A stretch of DNA of 64,000 bases from a virus. Taxonomy: Duplodnaviria; Caudoviricetes. The stretch lies in the IMG/VR virus record IMGVR_UViG_3300028533_000484, positions 64,001 to 128,000 of that record; one strand, written 5' to 3'. A program made the translations under genes and the position numbers. The notes below the pieces were generated by a model that did not search any database, was not told the origin of the DNA, and worked only from the letters and a program-made list of their open reading frames with translations. Positions 9,372-19,549 of the stretch are shown here, piece after piece; positions within the stretch are counted from its first letter, which is position 1, and each line of letters begins with the position of its first letter.

Positions 9372-10658
9372 TTGAAAGATATGCGACAACGATTAATAAC
9401 ATTTAACAAATCTGAATTAGGAACATGGGATGAATTACTCAGTTGCAATTGGTTAGTAACTACAACTTCTGAAGGAGACGAACATTTACTGATAGGTGAT
9501 ATAGCTGTAACAGATGCTATAAAAGATATTCAATTTGAAGTTTCTTATCGAGATACACATCGTGAGCCCAAAGATCTTATTCTAGATATCCATCAAACAG
9601 ATACTATCGCAAATTGGAAAAAATTTGAAAAGCATTTTGAGAATTGTCTTAAAAAAGTTCTCAAAGCCTCTGATGCAGAGAACAAACTTTTTGCTTTAAA
9701 GTCCTTTTTATGGAATAAAATGGCTAATGAGCTAATTAAAACTATCAAAGCCGAAAAGGAACCTTCATTACCGACTTCAATGGTCTGGTATCACACATTT
9801 AAAGAACCTTTTACAACTTACGATGGTGTAGTTTGGGGAAATGTAGACCTTCTAGTTGATTTTTCAGAAAGCACGCTTACTAGTGCTGCAACAAGATGGT
9901 TTACAACTCGTACAAATTACGGCCAAGCTGATAAAGATGATCTTGGAAACTATCTATTATACTACATTTACGGTACCTTAACTTACAAATACTCTATTCC
10001 AACAAATCCAGATTTAATTAATTATAAAGTTGAAGAAATGAGCACAGGCAGCTTTTTAAGTGAACTTGAAAAACATTTTAGCATACCTTCTAGAACTGAA
10101 ATCAAAGCAAGTTTGAAAGCTTTTTTAATTGACAAGTTTTGGATTGCGGATTATAGATTACCTCCAACAGCAGCTAGGATTTTACAAGAGTTGGAAGCTA
10201 CAAAAAAGCAGAAGGAACAGATAGCAAATGAATTTGAAATGCTGTTTAAATTGAGTTCTTTTCCAATTGATAACTACGTTGAAGAGTCAAAGCTTCAAAC
10301 TGCATTAAATTCATTAAAAAGACAACTTCGTAATTTTAATGTGCGAACAATTACCGATTATTCATCTGTAGGCTTTTCTACAATTTATGAAGTTACTTGC
10401 GACTTTTTAGATTATCGTTTTACAATAACTCTTAATACGAAAAATAAATATGTCGTAGATTCTTTTGAAATTAAAGTTGAATCCGAAGGAAGAGTAATCT
10501 TCAATACTGTATTTACTTGCTGCGAAGGTAATGTTGGGGAGTTTGCAGTAATAATGTCTCAATACCTAGGAGATGTTTATTTGGCAAAAGCTTTTAAGAG
10601 ACACATCGAGTATAAAATCGAAAGAAGTACTGGATGCGAAATTACTTGGAGGTCTTAA
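9372..10658 (+). CDS. hypothetical protein
   Basis: 428-aa ORF, AGGAGG RBS (start may be ATG at 9381). Confidence 0.75.
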   Translation: MKDMRQRLITFNKSELGTWDELLSCNWLVTTTSEGDEHLLIGDIAVTDAIKDIQFEVSYRDTHREPKDLILDIHQTDTIANWKKFEKHFENCLKKVLKASDAENKLFALKSFLWNKMANELIKTIKAEKEPSLPTSMVWYHTFKEPFTTYDGVVWGNVDLLVDFSESTLTSAATRWFTTRTNYGQADKDDLGNYLLYYIYGTLTYKYSIPTNPDLINYKVEEMSTGSFLSELEKHFSIPSRTEIKASLKAFLIDKFWIADYRLPPTAARILQELEATKKQKEQIANEFEMLFKLSSFPIDNYVEESKLQTALNSLKRQLRNFNVRTITDYSSVGFSTIYEVTCDFLDYRFTITLNTKNKYVVDSFEIKVESEGRVIFNTVFTCCEGNVGEFAVIMSQYLGDVYLAKAFKRHIEYKIERSTGCEITWRS

Positions 10659-10795
10659 TTTATTATCATAACCAAACTTCGCTCGTTTACTTGTGCTGGA
10701 AAGTGGTAATTGTTACTAGTAATTACTGCCTTCGTTTTATGATTTAAAAAATAGGATTTCTGGAAATATTAAAATAGAAAGTACCTATATTATGT

Positions 10796-11374
10796 ATGAT
10801 GAAGGAACTTATGAACAGAAACGAAATGCGAGGAGAAGTAAATCGCTTGAATTATATATTGAACGAAAAGAAAAAATCCACAGATGAAACAAATTTTGTA
10901 AAAGATTTTCTAAAATTGGAGATAAAAATAAGAGGGGCATTGGCAAGCCTAAAAATCATTCCAAGAAATGAAGCAATCAACAAAGCTTTTAACACTGAAC
11001 ATAAGGTTTTAACAGAACAGTCTAGAGCAACTTGGGAAAATTATCTACAAAATATTCCTGCACATGAACATCAATTGCAAAAAATACGTACAGCTGAGGA
11101 TGATTTTGATGCAGATTACTTGCACAACAATCTAAACAAATTACTTACAAACGCTAGTGATATTAGGGAATTGTACGATGATACTATTAACTATGTAAAA
11201 AAGAAAGCTACAGAACCTGAGTTTAGCAATATTTACAATTTAACAAAGAATTTGGTAAATCATTTGCTAGCAACCGTAAAGGATATTGTTGAATTAGATG
11301 AAAGGTTTATGGAAACTATGAATAGAAACAATATTGACTATATGGAAAAATATAAATTGTACGATGTAGATTAA
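10796..11374 (+). CDS. hypothetical helical protein
   Basis: GAAA-N18-CTATATT promoter just upstream. Confidence 0.75.
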   Translation: MMKELMNRNEMRGEVNRLNYILNEKKKSTDETNFVKDFLKLEIKIRGALASLKIIPRNEAINKAFNTEHKVLTEQSRATWENYLQNIPAHEHQLQKIRTAEDDFDADYLHNNLNKLLTNASDIRELYDDTINYVKKKATEPEFSNIYNLTKNLVNHLLATVKDIVELDERFMETMNRNNIDYMEKYKLYDVD

Positions 11375-11401
11375 AGTATGTAAGAAAGGATAATTTCGTT
11401 T

Positions 11402-12070
11402 ATGATTAAATATGATGCCGGAATTTTTGAAGCAATTTTAAACTTGCTTGTATCTTTACAGGCATTTACAGCAGTTAAAATTGAAAAGACTTATCAGGAT
11501 GGAGAGCACGACTACTGGGACTACAAAATAGAAGCTACAAGTGTCGAAGACAACATTGTAGATTTTCCTGTTAGATTTTCAAATTCATCAAATCAAAAAG
11601 AGTACAGTATCTTTGAACTGGAAAGGATTTACAAAAAAGGTAGCCAAAACCCAGATATAGTTGATGCTGCTACAATAGTTTTAGCATCAAAGAGTTTTAA
11701 ATGGCTTCCGTACAAGGATATTGATGAGCAACGTATAAAAAATGCTTGTACAGTAGAAAATTCCTACAAAAACAATGCAATGTATAAAGCTTTTGTTGAT
11801 ATGTACTCTTACAATTATTCTACAGATGCTCTAAAAGTTATCTACGATCGTGCTGTTGAAGAGTATGAGAGTCACGATGCTTTTGAAGTAATCAATATCG
11901 GAATAGGTGATGTGGATGATGATTGGTACGATAACGAAGGTTTAAACTTTGTTTGGGGAATGCTTGTACTGATGTTTGGTGAATATGACTCTTCTCCAAG
12001 AACTGGTTGGTTAATTGTTAGTAAAGAATTGATTGACTTTTTGGAAACTATGCTTAAAGATTTAGATTAG
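11402..12070 (+). CDS. hypothetical protein
   Basis: 222-aa ORF with AAGGA RBS. Confidence 0.75.
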   Translation: MIKYDAGIFEAILNLLVSLQAFTAVKIEKTYQDGEHDYWDYKIEATSVEDNIVDFPVRFSNSSNQKEYSIFELERIYKKGSQNPDIVDAATIVLASKSFKWLPYKDIDEQRIKNACTVENSYKNNAMYKAFVDMYSYNYSTDALKVIYDRAVEEYESHDAFEVINIGIGDVDDDWYDNEGLNFVWGMLVLMFGEYDSSPRTGWLIVSKELIDFLETMLKDLD

Positions 12071-12084
12071 TTGTAGAAAAAATA

Positions 12085-12117
12085 CGATGCTCCAGATTTA
12101 AGAAGCATCGCTTTTTT
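12085..12117 (+). terminator. intrinsic terminator, probably bidirectional
   Basis: CGATGCT...AGCATCG followed by T-run, preceded by A-run, between convergent genes. Confidence 0.6.
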
Positions 12118-12125
12118 CTAAAGTG

Positions 12126-15100
12126 TTAATCCTCCGTAATATCGATTCCTTTAATACTTAGACCAGAATTCTTTTCAAGACCAATTCTTATGTAAATTGT
12201 TTTTACTGGAATTGGTTTTCTACCAAATGTAATTCTTCTTACAGATTCATCACTCTTTCCTGGATAGTTGCAAGCCTCAGCTTGTTGTATACTTGCTTCA
12301 AAGAATACTGGTACAGGAGCATTTCCATCTAAAAGAACTGTACTCGGTAACTCTGCAGAATTAACACAAACTTGCACCAAGACATCCTTTAATGTACCAT
12401 CTTGCATTTTAATCTCAGGCTTTCTATCAACCCAGTCCAAATATAAATTAAATCCACACAAATCATAAATTTTATCAAATTCGTACTTAAATGTTACAAA
12501 TCTGTAAGTGCCATTGTCGTAATCTAATCCTGACATATCTGCAGGTACAGAAATGTAGTTATCGAAAGTGTCAATCGTGTTTGTGTACTCGACCTCTTTT
12601 GGCCAACTGTAACCTTTTCCATCAAATACAATTTCAGGGAATCCGCAAACTCTGTTATACTTTTTAACTGTATAGTCAGCTCCGAATTGTGTATCTATAT
12701 TTGTACCCAATGTTGGAAATAAAACGTTTCCTGCACTTTCAACAATTGTTGGAAGATTTTCAGGTTTCATTAAAAGTAAATCTTTAAGTACCAATACATT
12801 TGTCCACAACGATTCGGTGCCAAAGTTCTGTGCAAATGCTTTAACTGTTAAAGTGTCTTTCATATAACCTACGTCAGGAAGATTTAATGTAAAGCTGACA
12901 GTCAAATCATAAGTTTCTTCAAAACTATCCGACAATGTAAAGTATTGAGAAGTTATTTCGATAGCTAATGGAATATCTCCGAATGCAGCTTGTAATTCAA
13001 CTTTAGCGTCAGGACTTATTGTACCATACTTTGTAAAATCTGTAATTACGAATGTTCCCGATACAGCTGTATTACCTGGAACAAAACCATAACCACCAGT
13101 TCTGTGCTCTGAGAGAAGTGTATTTAAGACTCTCAAGTTTACTGTTTCTCTATCACATTGATTAATGCTATGGTCTTTAAAATCGTAGAATTTTCTTTCT
13201 GAAATTATTGCTGATCCAGTTTCACCTTCAAGAGCTGATATAGGATCTGTAACAAAAGGAGACTTAACAAGCTCGTATTGTGTATACTTAATTTCATGAT
13301 CGATTTTGTAAGCACCTTCTCCTAAAACAATATAGCCAGTAACTTCAGCAGCATCCATTGCTGTTGGTGTTCTGAAGCCCATTCTATATTTTTCATAAGG
13401 ATCAAATCTTTCAACATTGCAACGATCTGTAATTTCAATACCTTTGTCCAGTACTCGAATGCTTGATGATTCACCACAATAGAATGTATGTTCAAGAGGT
13501 AAGTAGTCGTGCTTTCCTTGTTGTTTAAAGTAAACTTTACCGCCAATTGTTGCATCCCAAGCTAAAGATGGTTTCAGTTTTGTCAATTGATTCAACTGTA
13601 AACCGTTGCTTACTTCTAGATATTCTGTCTTTTTAGCTGTAGACTTCTCTTCATCTACGACTATTGAGATTTCTTGAATTGAAGCAGATCTATCTGGAGA
13701 GAGTTTAAACAACTCTTCATTGATTAATCTTACTGCTTCTGCTAAGGAAGCGTATGAAAGTCTCAATAGACCTGTACCACTATCAAGAATACTCCAAGCT
13801 GGATTTTCAGCACCTGTTTTTGTTGCAAGTCCTGGTAATCTACTGTAAACTGGGTCTTGATAAGCTCTATCTACTTTTTCCCATTTTATTTCTGATTCTA
13901 CAGAATATGTACTCCACTCTATATTTCCATCAGGTGTTTTATAACTCCAAATCTCATCCCATTTATCAAGTGGTTGTTCTCTAGAGCAAACTTCATCTTC
14001 ATACCAACCGCCAATCATTGTTGGTCTTAAAGCAAATTTTCCATCTATAGCATCGAAAGTTTCGTTTGACCAAGTTTTTGTAGCATCATCGGCAGCCTCA
14101 AGAATAAGTCTTCCAACTGTTCTTGTATTTCCGTTCTGATAATCTTCTTTTGTAAGGAATTGAGTTTCTAAATTAGAGTAGTCTGTATTATCTCCTCTAA
14201 CTGCTGTACCTAGAACATTGAATGTGCAATCACCAATTTTAATTTGTGTAATAGTTTTATATGCATCTATTTTTGGATTTACACTAGCATAAATACCTTC
14301 AATGTATTCTACTGGATAAGATTCTACAAAATGGAAGTCTCCTTCTGATTTATACAAATCAACTTTGTCAGCAAAGAACATTAAAGAGCTTAAATTATTA
14401 AACCTTTTCGTAACATCTGCATATTGTTGACAAGAAGACCAAACTGCTGTATGTGCTTTGTGCGAATGTCCAAATCTATCATCTGTACAGTCTATTTCAT
14501 TGTTTCCTGAAGAATACTGTAAAAGTGTATTTTTATCTTTACTAACAGCTTCACAGTTAAGTAATGCTCTAGCTTGTAAAGTTTCAGTTGTAAGCTCTTT
14601 CTTTTTACCAACACAAACAAACCAGTCACCAGCTGTATATACTTCACCATCGACAGCTGTTTGTGGATAACAAGGATCATCCTCTTTATGAGAAGCTTTA
14701 ACAATGAAGAACCAACCTCTCTGTAATTCTGAGTAAATTTCATCACTCATTGCAGAAAAATCTACATCTTCAAAAGTTGGATATCTTCCTTCATTATCCT
14801 CAAAAGACCATACACCAACGAGACTCAAACCACCATAAGCAACTGAATCTGGTAATTGTTCAATTCTAACTTTACCGTTTTTCAAGTCTGCTTTAGACCA
14901 ATATAAGTCAATCAAAGCTTCTTCTAAGTTTGTTGGTTTAGTTGTAGTTAATTTTGTATCTGCATGCTCATTGTAAATTGCTTCTAATTGAGTTTCATAA
15001 GCTTCTGGTCGAGTTAATGAAATTTCAGAGCTTGATAAGAATCTTGCTTGCAATTCACCATTGTCATTGATAAAAATTGTATGATATACAGTATCTAATT

Positions 15101-17138
15101 TTAGACTAATTTCATTAGTTTTTTCATCATATAAGAATGGCTCTGGTAATTTTGCATAAACTCTTTTTTCAAAACTTAGATAGAAAGGAATTGTTAATTC
15201 ATTAGGATAATTTCTTCTAGCAACTCTATCTGAGTATCGAACAACTTGAGAAGAATCTATTTTAATTTCCTCAGGAATGTACTCAACAAAATCGATGTTT
15301 GTCGTATTTACAATAGATTTTGCATCAGCTGTTTCGGCATCAAATGTTTCAATTCTACTTGAGTTAATGTAAAACAAACTGTCTGTATTTTTGAAAGTCT
15401 TTACATACGATCCGTACAACTCTACTTTTGTACCAGAACTTTGCAAAGTATCTATGATCGATGAATTAAAGAAACTAGCTTCACCTGTAACATTTGCTTT
15501 CTCAAGTCTTGAATCAAAAATCTGTGCTGTACCAGAAATGTTCAAAACGTGTAAGTTACAATCCTTAATTACAGCTGCATCTGTAATATTAATTGTAGTT
15601 GTTTCATCAAAATCACAATTCTTAAATATTGTTGTTTTGTTTACTTCAATTGTACAGTTCTTGAATGAGATGTTTTCAAAGAATGTTTTCTCATTTATAT
15701 TTAATGTAATACCTGAAAGAATAGTACTTTGCTTTGTTTCACCGGTGATTGTAAAAGCTTTTGTTAGCTCAATATTTTTTGAGTTTTTGTAAAGACCGTT
15801 CCTAATATAAAGGTGACTACCTTCTGAAGCATCAATTGCATCTTGTAAATAGAATCCTTCCTTGTTGTATACAATAAAATCTGCCGATCTGTTACTTACA
15901 GTTGTTTCATCTGCAGCAATAACAAAGTCTACGACTCTAGGACCATAATACTGAGGTGTAATGTGATCTGAATAAGAGTTTAGAGTCGATAGTTTTAAGT
16001 GCGGTGGAAATTTCATCAAGTCAATAAACACTGGCAACTTGATTGTAGCATTCAATGTGGCTCTTGGATAGAATAACTCATAATCCAATGTGTAATTATC
16101 TTTTACGAGTAAAACAGCTGTAATATTTTCTGAATCTGTTACTTTAATATGATATGTACCTGGTGCACCCTTTACAACAAAGAAACCATCGTCAGTATTT
16201 ATTTTTGAAATACTTTCCTTTTCTCCAGGTTCAATGGTAATTTGATGAATACCATTTGCAATACCTTCACTAACAAACTTAACTTCAAGATCTGCAGATT
16301 CACCAACTTTATGAGAAAGTAAACTTACAACTTGTGCATTGCTGTTGTCGTCATAACCTTTTACAGGATCATTTGTTGATGTATCTGTAATATTTGAAAG
16401 AATGTTGTATTGTAAACCAATACCTTGAGTTGTATCCGTACCATTGAATTTGTGCTTTGCAAAGAAACCATTTTCGATAGAGTCTAAAAAGTTAGCAGCA
16501 AGATCTGTAAAATCTTTTACAGGTTCTGAAGCATCAAATACGATATTTTCAATATCAAAAAGTGTAGCGTCTACATAATGTCTTTCACCAACAGGTCCAA
16601 CATATTGGTAAAAAGTTAATTTTGGAGGCTGATTTGCTGAAATACCCTCTGGTACTCCATTATTAAATGTCAATAAACTTGAGTTTGTATCAACTATCCA
16701 ATCGCAACTACCCCAAGCAATCTCTTCTCCATCTTGAGTTTTTAGAACAATGTTGTAAATTCCTGTATCACTGAAATCGTAAGGAATAATGTTTTTTATC
16801 TGATTTCCATCCTCATCTAGAATGGCAAATGCATGATTACAGTTAGAAGAAATCTTAGTAAGTAGTAAATTTGTATGCTTTTTAATTAAAGGTACTTTCT
16901 TGAAAGATGACTCTTGATACTCGATAAGATCGTTTGTTGCATCTAAAGATTTAACATCCTCAAAGAACATATCCTCTGCTTTTCTAGGTATTAAATTACC
17001 ATAAGTTAATACAGAGTTTGTAGAGATATTATCATAAGATCTATAAAGCTCTTCAAAAACTTCTCTCTCAGGATGAGTAGAACCCCAACCTTTAGATTTT
17101 TTCCATAATGAGTTGACTTTGTTTGTACTGGTTAACAT
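12126..17138 (-). CDS. large virion structural protein (tail fibre/baseplate-associated, beta-helix-like segment)
   Basis: 1670 aa; short I/V-x-N/D repeats mid-protein; GKVRIEQLP and AGDW...WEKVD motifs of fibre proteins; ACTAAT motif upstream. Confidence 0.6.
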   Translation of the reverse strand: MLTSTNKVNSLWKKSKGWGSTHPEREVFEELYRSYDNISTNSVLTYGNLIPRKAEDMFFEDVKSLDATNDLIEYQESSFKKVPLIKKHTNLLLTKISSNCNHAFAILDEDGNQIKNIIPYDFSDTGIYNIVLKTQDGEEIAWGSCDWIVDTNSSLLTFNNGVPEGISANQPPKLTFYQYVGPVGERHYVDATLFDIENIVFDASEPVKDFTDLAANFLDSIENGFFAKHKFNGTDTTQGIGLQYNILSNITDTSTNDPVKGYDDNSNAQVVSLLSHKVGESADLEVKFVSEGIANGIHQITIEPGEKESISKINTDDGFFVVKGAPGTYHIKVTDSENITAVLLVKDNYTLDYELFYPRATLNATIKLPVFIDLMKFPPHLKLSTLNSYSDHITPQYYGPRVVDFVIAADETTVSNRSADFIVYNKEGFYLQDAIDASEGSHLYIRNGLYKNSKNIELTKAFTITGETKQSTILSGITLNINEKTFFENISFKNCTIEVNKTTIFKNCDFDETTTINITDAAVIKDCNLHVLNISGTAQIFDSRLEKANVTGEASFFNSSIIDTLQSSGTKVELYGSYVKTFKNTDSLFYINSSRIETFDAETADAKSIVNTTNIDFVEYIPEEIKIDSSQVVRYSDRVARRNYPNELTIPFYLSFEKRVYAKLPEPFLYDEKTNEISLKLDTVYHTIFINDNGELQARFLSSSEISLTRPEAYETQLEAIYNEHADTKLTTTKPTNLEEALIDLYWSKADLKNGKVRIEQLPDSVAYGGLSLVGVWSFEDNEGRYPTFEDVDFSAMSDEIYSELQRGWFFIVKASHKEDDPCYPQTAVDGEVYTAGDWFVCVGKKKELTTETLQARALLNCEAVSKDKNTLLQYSSGNNEIDCTDDRFGHSHKAHTAVWSSCQQYADVTKRFNNLSSLMFFADKVDLYKSEGDFHFVESYPVEYIEGIYASVNPKIDAYKTITQIKIGDCTFNVLGTAVRGDNTDYSNLETQFLTKEDYQNGNTRTVGRLILEAADDATKTWSNETFDAIDGKFALRPTMIGGWYEDEVCSREQPLDKWDEIWSYKTPDGNIEWSTYSVESEIKWEKVDRAYQDPVYSRLPGLATKTGAENPAWSILDSGTGLLRLSYASLAEAVRLINEELFKLSPDRSASIQEISIVVDEEKSTAKKTEYLEVSNGLQLNQLTKLKPSLAWDATIGGKVYFKQQGKHDYLPLEHTFYCGESSSIRVLDKGIEITDRCNVERFDPYEKYRMGFRTPTAMDAAEVTGYIVLGEGAYKIDHEIKYTQYELVKSPFVTDPISALEGETGSAIISERKFYDFKDHSINQCDRETVNLRVLNTLLSEHRTGGYGFVPGNTAVSGTFVITDFTKYGTISPDAKVELQAAFGDIPLAIEITSQYFTLSDSFEETYDLTVSFTLNLPDVGYMKDTLTVKAFAQNFGTESLWTNVLVLKDLLLMKPENLPTIVESAGNVLFPTLGTNIDTQFGADYTVKKYNRVCGFPEIVFDGKGYSWPKEVEYTNTIDTFDNYISVPADMSGLDYDNGTYRFVTFKYEFDKIYDLCGFNLYLDWVDRKPEIKMQDGTLKDVLVQVCVNSAELPSTVLLDGNAPVPVFFEASIQQAEACNYPGKSDESVRRITFGRKPIPVKTIYIRIGLEKNSGLSIKGIDITED

Positions 17139-17168
17139 AACTAAAATTAGTTATGTAGACAAAAAAGA

Positions 17169-17190
17169 AGGCCTGGAATGTTCCAGGCCT
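17169..17190 (-). terminator. intrinsic terminator
   Basis: AGGCCTGGAA-TG-TTCCAGGCCT perfect inverted repeat with T-run on minus strand. Confidence 0.8.
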
Positions 17191-17199
17191 AATTAATTT

Positions 17200-17472
17200 T
17201 TAACCTTGTTCTATTGACAGGAATGCATCTCTAATTTTTTGACGTATCCTAATTAAACTTTCTTCGCTACGATATGTGCCACAATCGTGATTTGCCCAAG
17301 CTTCTAGATAGTCAATATAATTGAAAACTTCTTTTCCAATTTTTACTACTTTTTCGTTACCGCGAACATACCAAAATGGTTTACTACAAAAGTCAGGAGC
17401 TCTTGTTGGTAAACTATTCTGTATTAATGTTTCAGATTGTTCTGAATTTTTCGAATCAAATGGACTCAACAT
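17200..17472 (-). CDS. hypothetical protein
   Basis: Start overlaps chaperonin stop; GGAGG RBS. Confidence 0.65.
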   Translation of the reverse strand: MLSPFDSKNSEQSETLIQNSLPTRAPDFCSKPFWYVRGNEKVVKIGKEVFNYIDYLEAWANHDCGTYRSEESLIRIRQKIRDAFLSIEQG

Positions 17473-19115
17473 TACTTATAAGCCTCCACTACTTTTCTAT
17501 CATTCATATCGTAAGATACGTTGCAATTTGCATTTACGATAACACCATCTGAAACGATGAATGCTCCAATTTCAGAAGCTGAATACTGTAGCACAAAGAG
17601 CTCAATTGCTGCTGAGTCAATAACTTGTGCTTTCTTTAAATCTTCAATTTTTTCTGTTCTTACATTGTAACCTGTCCAGAAGTCTTTTTCATGCGCAATT
17701 TGCTGAACAATGTACTGATAATCATCTGGTTTAACAGAACCTACAAGTCTTTTAGCTAAAGATCTCATTGTTGAAAGAACAGCTTCATAACCTTTTCTAA
17801 TTGCTTCTGTTTCAAAGTTGTGTGGTTTCTCAGAAAGGTATTGAGCTGTCTTTAATAGTGCAGTACCTCCGCCAGGTAAAATACCATACTTAATTGCTCC
17901 AGCAACTGAGTTCTGCGCATCCAAAATTGCTGCACATTTTTCTTCTTTTTCTGTAGGAGTTAGAGCACCAACATAAATCGTAGCAATACCGCCGCTTAAT
18001 CTAGCTAGTCTCTCTTTTAGACCTTCCATTACAGAAATCTGAAGACCGTCATCTGTATCGATTGTTTTCTTAAGTTTTTCAATGTATAGAGCATATTCTT
18101 TTGCTTTATCTTCTTCAAGCTCATCTACTTGTACAATATTTGTTTCCTCTACTGATGAAACAATGTGTTTAGCAACACCAAGATCTGAAATATCTGGAAC
18201 AACATCTATTGCACTTTCAACAGAAGGTACAACCTTGGTACCTACAGTAATTGCTAAATCCATTAGTGCATCGTGAAGATCAACATGACTGAAAGATGTA
18301 CCAGGTGACATTAAAAGAAGAATTTTCTTTTTAGCTGCTTGTGAAAAGAGTTTTGGTTCGAAGTAAGGTGCAACAAGTACTAAAGTCTTACCTACAAGTT
18401 TTGCAGCTTCAACATATGCTTCAAGAGGTTCAAGATTATCAACACCGGTAGCTAGAACCATAATTGCTGGATTATCAACGACTGCAGTATCGTCAATAAC
18501 ATTTGTGATGAACAATGAACTAGGAATACCACCTGTCCATTTAATGCCGTTTGAAACTTCTACATAAGATTTACCACTACGACTCCAAGAGTCTGCTAGA
18601 ACAACTGAACCATTTTCTCCAATTGAATTATAAGCTTCAGCAATTAGATTTGAAAGCTCTTCATTTCCGTTTGTAGAAACATTTGCAACTGCTTTGTAAT
18701 CCACTGTTGTATCTACCATGCTCTTTAAGTATTCAACAGCATCTGCAGTCGCCATATTTAAACCTTTACGAACTTCTCCAGCATTAACACCTAGATTAAC
18801 GAGCTTTGTCAACTCTCTTAAAAGACTTGTTGCATAAATTGTTGTAGTTGTTGTACCATCGCCGGCCATTGCATCTACTTTGGCAATAATATCTTTTACA
18901 AGAAGTATTCCAGATTTTAAGAAAGGATCATCTGAGTCTACTTTGTTTGCAACTGTAGCTCCATCCTTTAAAATCAGTGGTCTTATTCCACCATCATAAA
19001 TAAGAACATTGTGTCCTGCAGGTCCAAGAGTGGATGAAACAATTTTTTCCAACATTTCAGCCCCTTCAACAATCTTGTTTCGTGCCTCAGGACCATAAAC
19101 TATATGTTTATTCAT
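17472..19115 (-). CDS. groEL: phage chaperonin, GroEL-like
   Basis: STLGPAG, KDGATVA, AGDGTTT, ERLARLSGG, PGGG motifs. Confidence 0.92.
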   Translation of the reverse strand: MNKHIVYGPEARNKIVEGAEMLEKIVSSTLGPAGHNVLIYDGGIRPLILKDGATVANKVDSDDPFLKSGILLVKDIIAKVDAMAGDGTTTTTIYATSLLRELTKLVNLGVNAGEVRKGLNMATADAVEYLKSMVDTTVDYKAVANVSTNGNEELSNLIAEAYNSIGENGSVVLADSWSRSGKSYVEVSNGIKWTGGIPSSLFITNVIDDTAVVDNPAIMVLATGVDNLEPLEAYVEAAKLVGKTLVLVAPYFEPKLFSQAAKKKILLLMSPGTSFSHVDLHDALMDLAITVGTKVVPSVESAIDVVPDISDLGVAKHIVSSVEETNIVQVDELEEDKAKEYALYIEKLKKTIDTDDGLQISVMEGLKERLARLSGGIATIYVGALTPTEKEEKCAAILDAQNSVAGAIKYGILPGGGTALLKTAQYLSEKPHNFETEAIRKGYEAVLSTMRSLAKRLVGSVKPDDYQYIVQQIAHEKDFWTGYNVRTEKIEDLKKAQVIDSAAIELFVLQYSASEIGAFIVSDGVIVNANCNVSYDMNDRKVVEAYK

Positions 19116-19447
19116 TCCTTAATCTCCTTTTTGTCTGTTATTTTCAATACTTTTTTCAATTCTTTAATTAAGAAGTTTTCTGGATTCTGTCTTATCTGAT
19201 AAATATCCTTCTTAAAATCTACATCAGGAATAAAATCGAAATCCATATCTTCATTAATTTTCACTTTTCCAAATACAGGAATATCAATATAAATATCCGA
19301 ACTTGAATTTTCATTATCTGCTTGACTATTGATTGCGGATATCAAAGATACTAGCTTCAATAGCGTAAAAGCTTTTTTCAAATCGTGTAAAGATATTCGT
19401 GTAAGGTCAGATACTTTACTTAATGTTTCTTTCACATACATCTCCAA
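19112..19447 (-). CDS. hypothetical protein
   Basis: Overlaps chaperonin start by 4 nt. Confidence 0.65.
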   Translation of the reverse strand: MEMYVKETLSKVSDLTRISLHDLKKAFTLLKLVSLISAINSQADNENSSSDIYIDIPVFGKVKINEDMDFDFIPDVDFKKDIYQIRQNPENFLIKELKKVLKITDKKEIKE

Positions 19448-19549
19448 TGTAGATAGGTTTAGACCTATCTTACAATCTTATAATATAGGTAAGCTTACAA
19501 CATTGAAGGATAAACTATACGAACTTAACAAAGCTAACTAATTTCTTGT

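Noticed and set aside
17472-19115. Chaperonin as evidence of host chromosome
   Set aside because: Divergent, no adjacent groES, flanked by virion genes; GroEL-like genes are known in large phages
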